Made by a program: the position numbers and the translations under genes
Part shown: positions 26,800-35,513 of the stretch, piece by piece
Layout: every line of letters begins with the position of its first letter
Position numbering within the stretch: position 1 is the stretch's first letter
DNA from: Acidimicrobiaceae bacterium
GTDB lineage: Bacteria > Actinomycetota > Acidimicrobiia > Acidimicrobiales > Aldehydirespiratoraceae
DNA: 64,000 nt
Assembly: GCA_026710865.1 (NCBI GenBank)
Contig: JAPOQG010000255.1
Location: forward strand, 484 to 64,483
Direction: 5' to 3'
Notes under the pieces: generated by a model
What the model was told of the DNA's origin: nothing
Database searches by the model: none
Seen by the model: only the letters and a program-made list of their open reading frames with translations

Positions 26800-28224
26800 T
26801 CATCGGTGGCTGGCGGCGGCTGCGGCCCCTGGCCATCTCAGCACGAGTACTTCCTCGCGGAGCTGCTCGCGTGTTGCGGTGGCGTGACGGGTGCGGAACA
26901 GGTCGATTGACTCGACCTCGTATCCGGCGCGCTCCGCGATCTCCGCCAGGAGCTGACCGGTGCGGATCATGACTCTCAGATAGGAGGCTTGGTCGCCTAC
27001 CACGTACGCGAGGCGGGCGCCGGGCCTCAGCACCCGGCTCAACGAGACCAGGTGGCGTGCCATTCCCCCGAAGTACAGCTTCGTGACCCGGTGGTACATG
27101 CGCTCGAATCCCGAGTCCTTGCCGAGTTCGATGCGGCGGGCCTCTATCGCGGCGGCGATGCGCTCGACCTCGGCGTCGTCTTGAACCCAGGCGTCGTCAG
27201 CGTCGTCACGGTAGACGCCGCGGGTGTTGGACCTCACGAGGCCCTTCTTCATCGCCTGAAGATCCGACCGGCTGCTGAGATAACCCAGAAGCACCGATTC
27301 CAGGCGCACGGTGCGCGAGTAGTCCTTCTCGTTCGGGTACGGCGGCGAGGTGATGACCGCATCGACGCTGCTGGGCTCAAGGAGTTCGCCGACCAATCGG
27401 GCATCCGCGTCGAGGGCGACAGCCGGAGTGGCAGCGCGTGGCCGGAGCTGGTGCAGATCGGCGCACATCGTTCGTATGCGCTCAAGCCACGCAGACACCA
27501 CCGGAGCATCGAGCTTGACGGTTCCGAGGCCCACCTCTGGCCCGAAGCGCAGATTGCCGACCTCCACCGGCAGGATCCGAGCCAGTGCGAGCCGCTCGTG
27601 GTCAGCAAAGGCCGAGTCGTGTTCGCCGTCGAGGGCGTCACGCAGCACCAGCACCTTGTGAAGCGGCAGAGCGCTGATTGAGTCCTTGAGCAGCAGCTTC
27701 GCACTAGCGCCAGGAAGCGACCGCAGCCGCACTCCCCGTGGGACCGATGACGCCGGCTCATCAGAGATACCGTCCGCAGCCAACATCGCGAGCGCCTTCT
27801 CGGCCACGAGTTCGGCGTGCTTCAGCAACTCGTCAGGATCCGGAGTCCAGTCGACCTTGGTGGAAGCCGCAAGCCGCGACAACGGCACCGCTTCGAGGCC
27901 ACAGCTAGGCACGCCGAGTTTCTTCGCCTCCACAAGGGTCGTGCCCGTGCCGCAGAACGGGTCCAGAACACGGCTGTCGGCGTCGAGGCCGAACCGCTGG
28001 GCATAGTCGCGCACCAGGTGGGGCGGGAACGACAGCACGAAGCGGTACCAGTCGTGTGCGGGGGCGTCCCGCGCCAACAGCGTATTCATGGCACCGTTGG
28101 TGCGCGGCCGTGCTGCAGTGGCCATGTCGGCCACCGTAGACCACGACTCGCTCCCAGGAAGGGCAATCGGTCGAGCGGCACCGTCGGTCGACGTTGCGGG
28201 CGTTGAGCGATGACGACGGGACAT
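26800..28224 (-). CDS. DNA methyltransferase (N6-adenine or N4-cytosine class, motif I before motif IV)
   Basis: In-frame part of ORF 26800..28548. ATG 28224 with GGAGG 6 nt upstream. Motif I VLDPFCGTGTTLVEA, motif IV VITSPPYPN about 200 aa later. Confidence 0.75.
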   Translation of the reverse strand: MSRRHRSTPATSTDGAARPIALPGSESWSTVADMATAARPRTNGAMNTLLARDAPAHDWYRFVLSFPPHLVRDYAQRFGLDADSRVLDPFCGTGTTLVEAKKLGVPSCGLEAVPLSRLAASTKVDWTPDPDELLKHAELVAEKALAMLAADGISDEPASSVPRGVRLRSLPGASAKLLLKDSISALPLHKVLVLRDALDGEHDSAFADHERLALARILPVEVGNLRFGPEVGLGTVKLDAPVVSAWLERIRTMCADLHQLRPRAATPAVALDADARLVGELLEPSSVDAVITSPPYPNEKDYSRTVRLESVLLGYLSSRSDLQAMKKGLVRSNTRGVYRDDADDAWVQDDAEVERIAAAIEARRIELGKDSGFERMYHRVTKLYFGGMARHLVSLSRVLRPGARLAYVVGDQASYLRVMIRTGQLLAEIAERAGYEVESIDLFRTRHATATREQLREEVLVLRWPGAAAAASHR

Positions 28225-28266
28225 CAGCCGCCTCCGTTGTGGCGAACAGATGTTTGACCGTACGGC

Positions 28267-28281
28267 TTGGCTGTGACATCG
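28267..28281 (+). repeat. 15-nt exact direct repeat, left copy (partner 32377-32391)
   Basis: ttggctgtgacatcg at both sites, exactly 4110 nt apart, bracketing the reductive dehalogenase gene. Confidence 0.35.
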
Positions 28282-28533
28282 AAGGGTCCACTCGGGCTGT
28301 GTACGTCTACAAGCGAGTCTCTGCCGTGGACCTATCAGCGTGACGTGACGAGGCTGTTCCGTGACAGCTTGAGTGCGATGGCAGGGCGAACATCCACAAT
28401 CCATCCGTCCAACACCGGGATGAGACAGAGGGTCAACCAGGTGAAACGCTGTGAGCAAGCAAATGCTCGTCTGACCTGGGGCTTTGTTACATGATGAAAC
28501 ACTGGGAACGGCGCGAGACTTGTCCGACACTCG

Positions 28534-28547
28534 CACCCCCGGAGCCA
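28534..28547 (+). repeat. Direct repeat of the tRNA-Asn 3' end (putative attR of a tRNA-Asn island)
   Basis: cacccccggagcca identical to 22078-22091. 17 of 20 positions match when extended 6 nt upstream. Lies in a 524-nt ORF-poor, lower-GC spacer. Confidence 0.5.
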
Positions 28548-28748
28548 TTGACTACTGATGCAGCCAAAGGCCAGATGCAATCATGGGACCTGTTCCGCTG
28601 CGCGGCACGCGAGGGATTGCGTTCTGGCTGAGGTGGCGATTGAGTTGCCTGGATGAGCCACATGCGCCCGCTCGGCCGCTGCTGGGGCAACGTTGCCAGG
28701 TCGAGGCCACGAACGTCTGGCGGCTGACGGCCGAGTAGGCGTTGTGTC

Positions 28749-31700
28749 GTGACGCGCCTGTTCTCTGATCGGAAGCGGCCCGTCTCCATGGGCCCGTACC
28801 CGACCGAGCGCCTGGCCCGAACCGAATCAGTCGATCCGGCCGATGCACCCCCGATCGCGCCTGTCAGCTTCCAACGGCGCGCCCGACCGACATCGATCGT
28901 CAACGCCATGGGCGAGTACCAGGCGATGCTCGACGCTCTCCGGGTGGGCCGGACCGCGGCCACCCCCTCGGACATCCCCGAATCGCCGACGGAGAGGGCC
29001 GACCATCTCAAGGCCTTCGGCTACTACTCCGATGCCTCCATCGTCGGCGTCTGCGAGATCCCCTCGACGGCGCGGCTTCGCGAGCCGATCGTCAATCCCG
29101 AGGTCGAGAGGCTCCCCCCCAGACTCCCGCTCCCCCCCCCCCAAAAGCTGGGCCGCGGCGGCGACCCGCCGCTCCCCCGCCTCCGCGCGGGGGCCGCACG
29201 ACCCCCCCCGCGCCCCCCACCAGCCCCCCCCGCCGCCCCCCCCCCGGGAGCCGATCGTCAATCCGCAGGTCGAGAGGCTCGCCACCACACTCCGGCTCGC
29301 CCACACCAAGATGCTGGGCAGCGGCAGCGACCAGCTGCTCGCCGAGCTCCGCGAGGCGGCCGAACGACCGCCGGCGGGCCTTCCGGACCACCGGTACGCC
29401 GTCGTCCTGGCGCACGAGTTCGGCCGCGACCCCTCACCCGACGAACCCGGGACCGAGTGGATCCTCGACGCCGAGGTCGAGCGGGCGGCTCTGCGGGGCG
29501 CAGAGGTCGCCGTCGTGCTCTCGGAGTACCTCTCGATCCTCGGATGGTCCGCCCGGGCCCACACCGGATCGGCGACGGACGTCGATCTCCACCAACTCGC
29601 CGTCGCGGCGGGGCTGGCGACGGTCGAACGCGGCCGGCTCGTCAACCCCTATCTCGGCGACCGCTTCGGGCTGAGCGCGGTCACGACCGATCTGGAGCTC
29701 GCCTGCGACCGTCCCCTGGTCCCGCTCCACCGGCAGCCGCGCCTGAGAGCCAAAGGGCTCGCATGGCACCTCGGCAAGGGGTTCGCCAAGTCCGCTCGGA
29801 CACGGACGCCCTACGCCCGGCGGCGGTACGTCGACGGCGCGCTCCCCTTCGAGAAGCTGAAGCGGGTGGACGAGCCGACGACGCTGATCGACGAGCCCCG
29901 GGTTCCTCGCGTGCCGAAGCGGTCCGACATGTTCGCCCGCGCCGAGCTCGGCGACATGGGCCCGCGCACCGAGGACGCATCGCGAGAGGGCGCCTACGTG
30001 TTCAAGTCGGCCCCCTCGGCGGCACAGCAGACCCCGCTCGCCGCCTTCGTCATTCTCACCGACCAGGACGAGGCGCCCGAAGTCCACCCCAGCACGCTCG
30101 ATCCCGAGCGCAACGCAGCCAACATCAAGGCGACCGGCCACTGGCTGGGCGCCGACGCAGTCGGCCTCTCGCGCTGTCCGGACTGGGTCTGGTACTCCCA
30201 CGACGCCGAGGGCGACGAGATCGTCCCGCCGCACGACCAGGCCGTGACGATGATCATCGACCAGGGATACGAGACCATGGAGGGCGCCAGCGGCGACGAC
30301 TGGATCGCCGTCTCGCAGTCGATGCGGGCCTACCTCCGGTTCGCGCTCATCGGCGGGGTCCTGGCCAAGCACCTGAGGAACCTCGGGCACCCCGCCAGAC
30401 CGCACACCGTCATCGACGGCGACGTCGTCCAGCCGCCCCTGCTGCTGCTGGCCGGGCTGGGGGAGGTGTCACGCATCGGCGAGGTCATCCTCCACCCGCT
30501 CCTCGGCCCGCGCCTCAAGTCGGGCGTCGTGACCACCACCCTGCCGCAGGTTCACGACCGGCCGATCGACTTCGGGCTCCAGAGATTCTGCGAGAACTGC
30601 AACAAGTGTGCCCGGGAGTGCCCGTCGGGGGCGATCACCGCGGGACCGAAGCTCATGTTCAACGGCTACGAGGCCTGGAAGGCCGACAGCCAGAAGTGCA
30701 CCACCTACCGCGTCACCAACGAGTCGGGCGCGATGTGCGGCCGGTGCATGAAGACGTGCCCGTGGAACCTCGAGGGCCTGTTCGTCGAGAGCCCGTTCCG
30801 GTGGGCGGCGATGCACCTCCCCGGCTCGGCGAGGCTGCTGGCCGCACTCGACGACTGGGTGGGCAACGGCCGGATCAACCCGGTCAAGAAGTGGTGGTGG
30901 GATGTGCGGCTCGAGGACGACGGGGCCTACCGGGCCGTGCCCGTCGAGCTCGTCAGCAAACGCGAGCTCCAGCGCGACCTGGACCTCAAGCACGAGGACC
31001 AGACGCTCGCGGTCTACCCGGCGTCGCTCGCGCCGCATCCCTGGCCGTACCCGTTCCCGATGGACCGGGAACTCGGGATCGAGGCGTACCGGGCGCTCGT
31101 GTCCCCGGCCGACTACCGGGCCCGCCTCGCGGCCGGAACCGTCGACACGATCGCCCACAAGCCCCGGGGGGAGGCCGAGGTCCCGGTCGTGCGGGTGGAG
31201 GTCGCGGCGGTCGTGCCCGCGGCCGAGCACATCAGCCGCTACGTGCTCAAGGCCGCCGACGGGGCGGACCTGCCGGCATGGACGGCGGGGGCCCATCTCG
31301 ACGTCGTCGTCGCCCCGGGCTTCCTCCGCCAGTTCTCACTGTGCGGCGATCCCGCCGACAGGAGCCGCTACGAGATCGCGGTGCTGCGCGAGGCCGACGG
31401 CCGGGGGGGCTCCCGACTCGCCCACCAGCTCTTCCACGAGGGCCGGTCGCTGTTCGTCTCGGAGCCCATCAACCACTTCCCCCTCGAGGAGTCGGCGAGC
31501 CGGAGCCTCCTGTTCGGAGGCGGGATCGGCATCACCCCGATGATGGCCATGGCGCACCGGGCCCATCGCCTGGGCCTCGAGTTCGAGCTCCACTACTGCA
31601 TCAGCACCCGGGCCGACGGCGCCTTCCTCGACCAGATCGACGGTGCGCCGTGGGCCCGGCACAGCCGCGTCCACGTTTCCGACGAGGGCACCCGGGCCGA

Positions 31701-32133
31701 GCTCGGGACGCTCATCGGACCCTACGCCGAGGGCGATCACATCTACACCTGCGGCCCGGACCGGTTCATGGCGAGCGTCCTGGACGCCGCCGTCGCAGCG
31801 GGCTATCCGGACGACGCTCGACACCTCGAGTACTTCTCCGTGCCCGAGCTGCCCGAGTATGAGAACCACCCGTTCGTGCTGCGACTCGCCAGGTCCGGGC
31901 GCGACGTCGAGGTGCCCGCCGACACTGCGGCCACCGAGGCCCTCCGGGCCGCCGGGCTGCCGGTCGACGTCAAGTGCTCGGACGGCATCTGCGGCGTCTG
32001 CAAGGCAGGGCTCGTCGCCGGCGACGTCGAGCATCGGGACTTCGTGCTCTCGGCCGCCCAGCGCGAGATCTCGATCATCCTGTGCCAGTCGAGGGCGGCG
32101 GATCCCGAAGGGATCGTGACCATCGAGATGTAG
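28749..32133 (+). pseudogene. Self-sufficient (BhbA-type) reductive dehalogenase: RdhA domain fused to a phthalate-dioxygenase-reductase-like FMN/NAD/2Fe-2S module. The reading frame is broken as assembled by a 166-nt duplicate
   Basis: Frame 0 from GTG 28749 (MTRLFSDRKRPVSMGPYP...REPIVNPEVERL) continues in frame 1 after 29248 (EPIVNPQVERLATTLRLAHTK...). Fe-S motifs CENCNKCARECP and CGRCMKTCPWN, reductase motifs RQFSLCG, GGGIGITPMMAMA, CSDGICGVCK. Removing 166 nt restores one ORF of about 1070 aa. Confidence 0.8.
29082..29247 (+). repeat. Noisy, C-enriched tandem copy of 29248-29413 (period 166 nt)
   Basis: First ~33 nt nearly identical (gagccgatcgtcaatcc..aggtcgagaggctc). Thereafter many positions of copy 1 are replaced by C, giving runs of 7-10 C. 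Confidence 0.8.
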
Positions 32134-32376
32134 GCGGCCGCGACGGTGAACCGTTCTGGGACCTCCGCCCGCCTCCGTAGCCAGTGGCTAGACGCGTGCG
32201 TCGGGCTGCTCTGTCCGGGCTCTCTCCGCATGCTCATAGCACTGACCCGCGAACGGGCGAACCGGTGCCATGGCGAGCCGCAGCGCGGCCAGCGAGCCGA
32301 TCTCGAAGAACCTGGTGATGAACATGACCAGCATTATATTACTTGTGTGATGTAACACCCCTGCGGTTGCCCGCAG

Positions 32377-32391
32377 TTGGCTGTGACATCG
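32377..32391 (+). repeat. 15-nt exact direct repeat, right copy (partner 28267-28281)
   Basis: ttggctgtgacatcg, preceded by the perfect hairpin ctgcgg-ttgc-ccgcag (32361-32376). Confidence 0.35.
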
Positions 32392-32526
32392 GTCACTGTC
32401 AGCGATCACGGCACCTCCCGGACGTTGATCAGCTTCGTTCCACTGGACGGACCGAGAACCTTGCCCGGCTCCGACGGACCTTCATACGGTGACCGGAGTG
32501 CACCAACAAGGAGGGGGGCCGACCCC

Positions 32527-33756
32527 ATGACCAATGATCCTTTCCGGCTGCTCGGAGGGCCGCTCGATCGGCGCGCCTTCCTGCGGCGCTCCACGACCGC
32601 CGTCGCCGGCGTCTCGTTGTTCGGCCTCGCCGCGTGCGGGGACGACAGCAGCGGTTCTGGCACGCCCGCGACCTCCGACACCGCGGCAGCCACGACCGCA
32701 CCCACCACCACGGCGGCCCCAGCGGCCCCGTCCATCGGCGGGGATCTCGACTTCATGGGCTGGCAGGGCGAGGACCTTCCCGGTGCCATGGCCGCGTTCT
32801 CCGAGGCCAACGGCATCACCGTCAACCCGACCTACATGGCATCGAGCGACGATATCGATGCGAGGTTCTCCGTCGGAGGCGGCGGGGGGCTCGACATCCT
32901 CTCGTACACCTCCGCGACGACACCGCAGTTCGAGGCCAACGGGCGCACTCTGGCACCCATCGACACCTCGAGGATTCCGAACTTCGGGAACCTCTTCAGC
33001 GTCTTCACCGGCGACCCGCAGTCCATCGGCTTGGCCAACTCCAAGGGCGAGTGGGTCATGATCCCCCACTCGTTCGGCGCGTTCGGCATCACCTACGACT
33101 CGGCTGCCATCGACGAGCCCCAGGCGTGGGCGGATCTGCTCACACCCGAGTTCGAGGGTCGGATCACCATGCCCGGCGACCCCGGCGGCAACTTCGCGAT
33201 GGGATGCCGGCTCGTCGACCTCAACCCGTTCCGCTGCCCCAAGGATCGGATGGAGGACGTCGCCGATGTCGTCCGGCCCTTCATCTCCCAGTCCAAGACG
33301 ATCGCTCCGAGCTACGGCGACGTCGCCTCCCTGCTGGCGTCCGGCGAGGTCGTGGCGGCCTATCTCGGATGGGCCGCCCTCGACATCTTCGCCACCTATT
33401 CCGGAGCGGACTCGATCCGGACGAACGTCAGCCCCGAGGAGGGGACCACAACGTTCATCGACGGGTACGGCATCGCGCAGGGCACCGACAATGAGGACAC
33501 CGTGTATGCGTGGATCAACGAGGTGCTCGATCCGGCCATCAACGGAGCGGCGGCGACCGAGCTCGCCGCCGGAGCCACCGTCGACGGCTCGGTGGAGTTC
33601 ATCGACCCCGGGATCGCGGCGCTGTACCCGTACGACGACTTGGACGGGTTCTTCGAGAACGCTCCCGCGTTCATGAACGCGCCGGCGGAGTCCGACGAGT
33701 TCGTCACCGCGGGCGAGTGGGCCCAGCGCTTCACGGCGCTGCTCGGCGAGGGCTGA
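32527..33756 (+). CDS. ABC transporter substrate-binding lipoprotein (PotD/PotF-like) with Tat-type signal
   Basis: In-frame part of ORF 32377..33756. ATG 32527 after AAGGAGGGGGG. RRAFLRRSTTAVAGVSLFGLAACGDD signal and lipobox. Confidence 0.8.
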   Translation: MTNDPFRLLGGPLDRRAFLRRSTTAVAGVSLFGLAACGDDSSGSGTPATSDTAAATTAPTTTAAPAAPSIGGDLDFMGWQGEDLPGAMAAFSEANGITVNPTYMASSDDIDARFSVGGGGGLDILSYTSATTPQFEANGRTLAPIDTSRIPNFGNLFSVFTGDPQSIGLANSKGEWVMIPHSFGAFGITYDSAAIDEPQAWADLLTPEFEGRITMPGDPGGNFAMGCRLVDLNPFRCPKDRMEDVADVVRPFISQSKTIAPSYGDVASLLASGEVVAAYLGWAALDIFATYSGADSIRTNVSPEEGTTTFIDGYGIAQGTDNEDTVYAWINEVLDPAINGAAATELAAGATVDGSVEFIDPGIAALYPYDDLDGFFENAPAFMNAPAESDEFVTAGEWAQRFTALLGEG

Positions 33757-33761
33757 ATGAC

Positions 33762-34646
33762 TTGAACGCGTCGGTCATCGCTCGGCGCCTGCGCTTCGGG
33801 CCGGGCGCGGCCAGTGCGCCGGGCGCGCTCGGCCTGATCGTCTTCTTCCTCGCTCCGGTCGTCACGCTCCTCGTCTACAGCTTCCTGACATCGGGGCGCT
33901 TCAGCGTCGCCCGACCGTTCACACTCTCGAACTACGACGCGACGATCTCAGCCGCCGGCACGGCGGGCGCGGTCCGGAACTCGGTCCTGCTGGGCGTCCT
34001 CGCGGCCGGGGTCGCGGTCGTTGTCGGGCTGGCGATCGCCTCCTGGCTGCGGTACTACGCGGGCCGGCTGCAGAACGTCGTCCTGTCGATGATCATCATC
34101 TCGATGTTCGCGAGCTACCTCGTGCGCATCTACGCCTTCCGGATACTCCTCGGCGACGAGGGTGCGGTCAACACGGTGCTCGACACGCTCGGGATCGTCT
34201 CCGAGCCGGTCTCCTGGATGCTGTTCAGCCGCTTCGCGGTGGTCTGCGCGCTCACCCACATCGCGCTGCCCTACGTCGTGCTGATCCTCTACGGGGCGTT
34301 CCGTCCTCTCGACCCCGCGTACCTCGAAGCAGCCCAGGACCTCGGCGCCGGGGCGCTGACCCGATGGGTCCGGGTCATCCTGCCGACCATGGCCGCGCCG
34401 ATCGGCTCGGCGTTCCTGATGACCTTCGTGCTCACCTCGGCCGACTATGTCACGCCGCAGTTCCTCGGAGGCACCGGCCAGCAGATGGTCGGCCTTCTCA
34501 TCCAGACCAACTTCACGGTGGCCGGAGACTGGGCCCGCGGCGCCGCGCTGTCGTTCCTGACCCTCGGCGCGTACCTGCTGTGCTACGTGATCATGGGGCT
34601 CGGCCTGCGGATCGCGAAGCTGAACACCATCCGGTGGGGGACGTAG
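33762..34646 (+). CDS. ABC transporter permease (PotB-like)
   Basis: In-frame part of ORF 33510..34646. TTG 33762 just after the SBP stop. EAA loop EAAQDLGAGALTRWVRVILP. Multiple hydrophobic segments. Confidence 0.8.
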   Translation: MNASVIARRLRFGPGAASAPGALGLIVFFLAPVVTLLVYSFLTSGRFSVARPFTLSNYDATISAAGTAGAVRNSVLLGVLAAGVAVVVGLAIASWLRYYAGRLQNVVLSMIIISMFASYLVRIYAFRILLGDEGAVNTVLDTLGIVSEPVSWMLFSRFAVVCALTHIALPYVVLILYGAFRPLDPAYLEAAQDLGAGALTRWVRVILPTMAAPIGSAFLMTFVLTSADYVTPQFLGGTGQQMVGLLIQTNFTVAGDWARGAALSFLTLGAYLLCYVIMGLGLRIAKLNTIRWGT

Positions 34647-35509
34647 TGCGGTCGCAGTCCGGAGGCCGGATACAGACCGCAGTGACCTTCGCGGCGCTGG
34701 TGTTCCTGTTCGCCCCGCTCATCGTGGTCGTGCTGTTCTCGTTCCATTCGAGCGGCTCGCTGTCGTTCCCGTTCGAGGGGTTCTCGCTGCGCTGGTACCG
34801 CGCCACCTTCGAGTCGCCGCAGTTCAGGTCCGCTCTGGAGAACTCACTGATCGTGGCGGCCGTCGCGGCCGCCACCACCCTCGTGCTGGGAACACTGGCC
34901 GCCTACGGGGTCTCCCGGGCTTCGCCCCGCCTGAAGGGTCCGCTCGCCCTGACCTTCTTCCTGCCGATCACGCTCCCCGGCGTCTTCCTCGGGGTGGCGC
35001 TGCTGATCTACTACGTGCGGCTCGACCTCCAGCTCTCCCTGACCACCATCGCGATCTCCCACATGGTGTACGTGTCGCCGTACTTCTTCATCGTGGCTCG
35101 AACGGCAATGGACCGCCTCGACCCCGCACTCGAGGAGGTCGCCCGCGACCTCGGCGCCCGACCGGTGGAGGTGTTCGTGCGCGTGACCCTTCCCCAACTG
35201 TGGCCCATCCTGCTCGGTGCCACCGCGCTGGCGTTCATGCTGTCGTTCGACGAGTTCGTCATCACCTTCTTCGTCGCCGGCGGGGACACCACCCTCCCGG
35301 TGTTCATCTTCGGTCAGATGCGGCGGACCGTCGATCCGACGATCAACGTCGTCTCCAGCCTGCTGATCGGCGGCAGCCTGGCGCTGTGGATCATGGCCTT
35401 CATCTACGCGGCGGTGCTGCAGAGGCGGGCGTCAGCCAAGAAGACCGAGCCGCCGACAGCCGCGGCATCAGCAGTCCAGACCGCCGGAGCTCCGGCAGAA
35501 GCGAGGTAG
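34646..35509 (+). CDS. ABC transporter permease (PotC-like)
   Basis: GTG 34646 overlaps the preceding TAG. EAA loop EVARDLGARPVEVFVRVTLP. Confidence 0.8.
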   Translation: MRSQSGGRIQTAVTFAALVFLFAPLIVVVLFSFHSSGSLSFPFEGFSLRWYRATFESPQFRSALENSLIVAAVAAATTLVLGTLAAYGVSRASPRLKGPLALTFFLPITLPGVFLGVALLIYYVRLDLQLSLTTIAISHMVYVSPYFFIVARTAMDRLDPALEEVARDLGARPVEVFVRVTLPQLWPILLGATALAFMLSFDEFVITFFVAGGDTTLPVFIFGQMRRTVDPTINVVSSLLIGGSLALWIMAFIYAAVLQRRASAKKTEPPTAAASAVQTAGAPAEAR

Positions 35510-35513
35510 CGAA

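Noticed and set aside
26425-26910. Plus-strand ORF starting [23 protein letters not shown].. 8 nt after the ATPase stop, considered as the ATPase partner gene
   Set aside because: Beyond about 20 codons it is the exact codon-register mirror of the better-scoring minus-strand ORF and becomes Arg/Gly/Ala-rich with scattered Cys. At most a short stub of a lost partner.
22094-28547. Search for an integrase, excisionase or transposase that would mobilise the tRNA-Asn island
   Set aside because: No frame on either strand shows tyrosine- or serine-recombinase or DDE motifs, so the island is described as degraded rather than as an active integrative element.
29116-31862. Continuation of the frame-0 ORF 28749..31862 beyond the duplicate (1037 aa, PRRG-rich)
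   Set aside because: After about 29115 the conserved dehalogenase sequence is in frame 1. The frame-0 continuation is Arg/Pro/Gly low complexity.
32188-32409. Small minus-strand ORF (MLVMFITRFFEIGSLAALRLAMAPVRPFAGQCYEHAERARTEQPDARV)
   Set aside because: It has decent third-position GC but only about 47 codons from the internal ATG, with no recognisable motif and no RBS. It is possibly a gene remnant and is too weak to call.
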